A DNA stretch of 60,483 nucleotides, the filler included, from Candidatus Woesearchaeota archaeon (GTDB taxonomy: Archaea > Nanobdellota > Nanobdellia > Woesearchaeales > CAZJJJ01): NCBI GenBank assembly GCA_046538795.1. It is 5 parts of 5 records of this genome, joined end to end, with 100 filler letters (N's around TTAATTAATTAA, not from the genome) between each part and the next. Parts side by side here need not be neighbours in the genome. Positions count along the whole stretch, not along the records: positions 56,052 to 60,483 come from JBKHIF010000084.1; 4 more parts are not named here. One strand, written 5' to 3'. The notes beneath the pieces were generated by a model that made no database searches, was not told the DNA's origin, and was given only the letters and a program-made list of their open reading frames with translations. Below are positions 57,942 to 60,483 of this stretch, piece by piece. Position 1 is the first letter of the stretch, and every line of letters begins with the position of its first letter. The position numbers were made by a program, and so were the translations under genes.

Positions 57942-58132
57942 TTTTAAAAGTCACTTCCTTTAAAAAGGAAGCACTTCTGTCGTCACTAAATCACTCAATA
58001 ACACATATCTTGTTTTTTCTGTTTATAAAGGTTGTCCCTGTAAAAGTATTACGTTATATGATGATCTGAAAATTTTTTAAGTTTATTGATTTGTAAGTAG
58101 TTTTTTATACTAAAAGAGCATAAGGTGTTATT

Positions 58133-58738
58133 ATGTCTCATTATTATTCAGAAGAACAGGAAAGTGAGCTTAATCTTAGTCAGATTTCCGACCTTTTGCG
58201 AGGAGAACGCTTGGAATTTTATGTAGCATCAGGAGTTTTTTCTAAGTCAAAGATTGATAAAGGTACAAAAGTGCTTATAGATAATGTTATTCTCAATCCT
58301 GACTGGACTATTCTTGATTTGGGGTGTGGATATGGTCCTGTAGGCATATCTATTGCAAAGTCGGATGCCACTATAAAGGTCCATATGACAGATATTAACA
58401 AGAGAGCTGTCATGCTTGCAAAAAAAAATATCGTTTTAAATAAGCTTGATAAGAAAAGGTTTAGGATAACTCAGGGAAATTCATTTAGTCCTGTGGATCA
58501 GAAAGTGGAATTTGATTCAATATTATTAAATCCTCCGCAGACAGCAGGAAAAAAACTCTGTTTTGATATGGTACGGGAAGCAAAAGAGCACCTTAAAAAA
58601 GGAGGACTTCTTCAGTTGGTAGCAAGGCATAATAAAGGAGGAGCATCTTTCATGAAACTGATGGAGGAAGTTTATGGAAATGCAAAAGATATCTGTAAGG
58701 AAAAGGGTTATAGAGTATATGTAAGCAAAAAGCAATAA
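58133..58738 (+). CDS. Class I SAM-dependent methyltransferase (MTS domain, RsmC/YbxB-like)
   Basis: SHYYS, GVFS...IDKGT, LDLGCGYG and NPP motifs. Confidence 0.9.
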   Translation: MSHYYSEEQESELNLSQISDLLRGERLEFYVASGVFSKSKIDKGTKVLIDNVILNPDWTILDLGCGYGPVGISIAKSDATIKVHMTDINKRAVMLAKKNIVLNKLDKKRFRITQGNSFSPVDQKVEFDSILLNPPQTAGKKLCFDMVREAKEHLKKGGLLQLVARHNKGGASFMKLMEEVYGNAKDICKEKGYRVYVSKKQ

Positions 58739-58748
58739 GTGATTGTCC

Positions 58749-59693
58749 ATGAAAAAAAGAAAAAAATCTGACTGCAAATCATATGATTCTGATGATGAGA
58801 CTGAACATCAGGATATCTATGATGATCAGGATGATCCAGATGTACCATTTATGAAAAAAAAGACTGTTGAGGTTAGAAAAAATTCATCGGTCGCACCATA
58901 TTTTAAGGAATATTTTAGAAAAAAGAAAAAGACAGCTTTGGTATTGAGCGGAGGAGCTGCAAGGGGTCTTGCGCATATAGGAGTTATAAAGGTTCTTGAA
59001 AGCGAAGGAATAATACCTGATCTTATTGTAGGGACAAGTATGGGTTCTATAATTGGAGCCATGTATGCCATGTCAGGAGATTCTTCTGTCTTTGATAAAT
59101 ATCTTAATTATGAATTAAAAGATCTTATATCTATGGGTGATTTTGGCTTTAAGTCAGGCGGGTTTCTTAAGGGCACAAAAGTTTCATACATCCTTTCAAA
59201 GATATTCGGCGCTCCCTTTTCTTTTGAAGAGCTTAAGATCCCTCTAATAGTTAATGCAGTTGACATAAGAAGCGGAAAAGAAGTTGTTTTTGATTCAGGC
59301 AATCTGATACACGCAGTCCGTTCCAGTATAAGCATACCTCTTGTTTTTGCTCCGGTTAAGCATGGAGATATGCTTCTTATTGATGGCGGTATGCTCAATC
59401 CTGCAGGCACATCGCTTGTTCCTGCGAATTTCAATGCAATAATTCTATCTGATGTGAATTATTATCTTAATGATCTTAAAATAAAACCTGGATTAGGTGA
59501 GATGTTTGAACAGGTAATGATGCTTTATCATCAAAATCTACTCAAGGTTCCAAAAAAACCAAAAACAGTTCTTATAACACCTGACTTGAGAGGGATGAGA
59601 CTCATACATTTTGGAAAATCAAGAAGATTTGTTGAGCGTGGAGAGATCGCTGCCAAAAAAAAGATAAAAGAAGTAATAAGGCTTGTCAGTTAG
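58749..59693 (+). CDS. Patatin-like phospholipase
   Basis: LSGGAARGLAHIG oxyanion motif, GTSMG nucleophile and DGG motif. Confidence 0.93.
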   Translation: MKKRKKSDCKSYDSDDETEHQDIYDDQDDPDVPFMKKKTVEVRKNSSVAPYFKEYFRKKKKTALVLSGGAARGLAHIGVIKVLESEGIIPDLIVGTSMGSIIGAMYAMSGDSSVFDKYLNYELKDLISMGDFGFKSGGFLKGTKVSYILSKIFGAPFSFEELKIPLIVNAVDIRSGKEVVFDSGNLIHAVRSSISIPLVFAPVKHGDMLLIDGGMLNPAGTSLVPANFNAIILSDVNYYLNDLKIKPGLGEMFEQVMMLYHQNLLKVPKKPKTVLITPDLRGMRLIHFGKSRRFVERGEIAAKKKIKEVIRLVS

Positions 59694-59699
59694 GTTTTT

Positions 59700-60056
59700 C
59701 TATAATTCTTTTAGCTGCTTATTTTTCCATGAAACAAGCCGTATGCCAATTCCCAGCTTAAGTGCTGCTGAAAGTATTGCCATGTGTTCTTTTCCTGTTC
59801 CTGATGCAAGGTTAAGTGCTACTTCAAGATCATTTATCCTTCCTTGAAGAGAAGAATTAATTTCATCGATTATCAGGTTTATATCTGAATTGGGGTCAAT
59901 AATTATCATCTTTACAGCTTTATTTGTAGAAAATCTGTCTCTTACTATTGAGTTCACTACAAGATATATATTTTCGAATTCTCCTGAATCTATGAGAGAA
60001 TAAACCTCATTCCAAGTGCCTTTTCCAATGGATACGCATGCTATTAGATCAGTCAT
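59700..60056 (-). CDS. Small Rossmann-like protein, possibly a stand-alone CARF domain
   Basis: Beta/alpha pattern LIACVSIG, NIYLV, MIIID, VALNLASGTGKEHMA. Confidence 0.5.
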   Translation of the reverse strand: MTDLIACVSIGKGTWNEVYSLIDSGEFENIYLVVNSIVRDRFSTNKAVKMIIIDPNSDINLIIDEINSSLQGRINDLEVALNLASGTGKEHMAILSAALKLGIGIRLVSWKNKQLKEL

Positions 60057-60088
60057 AAGACCTAAGAAAAAATGTTCTCTATAAAAAA

Positions 60089-60481
60089 TTACCTGATATC
60101 TCCTTTATTAACGATCTCTTCAAGCTTAATCTCAAATATAAGATCGTGTCCTGCAAGAGGCTTGTTAAGATCAAGTGTTATATGGGTTTCTCCAACATCT
60201 GTTATCCTTGCAGGCATTATGCCACCATATGGTGCTTTAACAGCCAGGATCTTTCCTACTTGTGGAACAATTTTTCCAAGAAGCTGTTCTCTTGGAACTT
60301 TTGTAACTAGATTTGGCATCCTTTCACCGTATGCTTCTTCTTTTGGAATTTTTATACGTTTTGATTCTCCAAGTTTCATGCCTATTATGGCACTCTCAAA
60401 TCCTTTTATGACTTCTCCTTTGCCTAAGTTTATCTGAAGAGGTTTTTTTCCAAATGTAGAATCAAACTGCTCGCCGTTGAG
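60089..60481 (-). CDS. slyD: FKBP-type peptidyl-prolyl isomerase (SlyD-like), 5'-truncated
   Basis: The frame is open to the window edge: GEQFDST...GEVIKGFESAIIGMKLGE...PKEEAYG...DLNKPLAGHDLIF. Confidence 0.9.
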   Translation of the reverse strand, partial: LNGEQFDSTFGKKPLQINLGKGEVIKGFESAIIGMKLGESKRIKIPKEEAYGERMPNLVTKVPREQLLGKIVPQVGKILAVKAPYGGIMPARITDVGETHITLDLNKPLAGHDLIFEIKLEEIVNKGDIR

Positions 60482-60483
60482 CT

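Noticed and set aside
353..60437. Many short antisense or nested ORFs in the six-frame track
   Set aside because: They shadow well-supported genes, show the F/S/I/L-rich composition of reverse-strand reads, and have no motifs.
1..60483. Diversity-generating retroelement, prophage, IS element or RNA genes
   Set aside because: No reverse transcriptase, adenine-specific TR/VR pair, integrase, transposase, capsid gene or GC-rich tRNA/rRNA-like segment was seen.

Overview
This is AT-rich archaeal DNA, most likely from a DPANN (Woesearchaeota-like) metagenome bin. That is an inference from an AglH-type GlcNAc-1-P transferase, DUF354, a presenilin-type protease, PEF-type C-terminal sorting signals, TATA-box promoters, GGTGA-type Shine-Dalgarno sites and giant acidic surface proteins. 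The window is not continuous: four identical 100-bp artificial linkers (44N-TTAATTAATTAA-44N) split it into five contigs (1-23037, 23138-45397, 45498-50733, 50834-55951, 56052-60483). Contig 1 is a cell-surface locus: two VPEFG-tailed proteins, uppP, a 1754-aa membrane-anchored heparinase II (PL21)-like lyase with LamG and Cys-rich repeats, and a 12-gene glycan cluster (aglH-like, DUF354, wecB, wecC, an alpha/alpha-barrel protein, two CapK-like ligases, three GTs, a flippase and a polytopic membrane protein). Contig 2 has a GT-C/UbiA/PAP2 module, mutS and mutL separated by a two-component pair and a divergent glutamine-synthetase-fold (PafA/Dop-like) protein, a radical SAM gene, a GIY-YIG nuclease, a MoxR-DUF58-VWA operon and a cadherin-like surface protein. 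Contigs 3-5 carry surface proteins, presenilin, DUF1385, TVP38, an HTH regulator, gpgS, a hairpin-rich 77-78 bp tandem repeat, an RsmC-like methyltransferase, patatin, a CARF-like protein and an FKBP. The best candidates for new biology are the surface-tethered lyase linked to a uronate-glycan cluster, the PafA-like ligase, the mycobacterial-style polyprenyl-phospho-ribose module and the structured tandem repeat. I saw no rRNA, tRNA, CRISPR array, transposase or reverse transcriptase. All family calls are motif recognition by eye; no searches were run.
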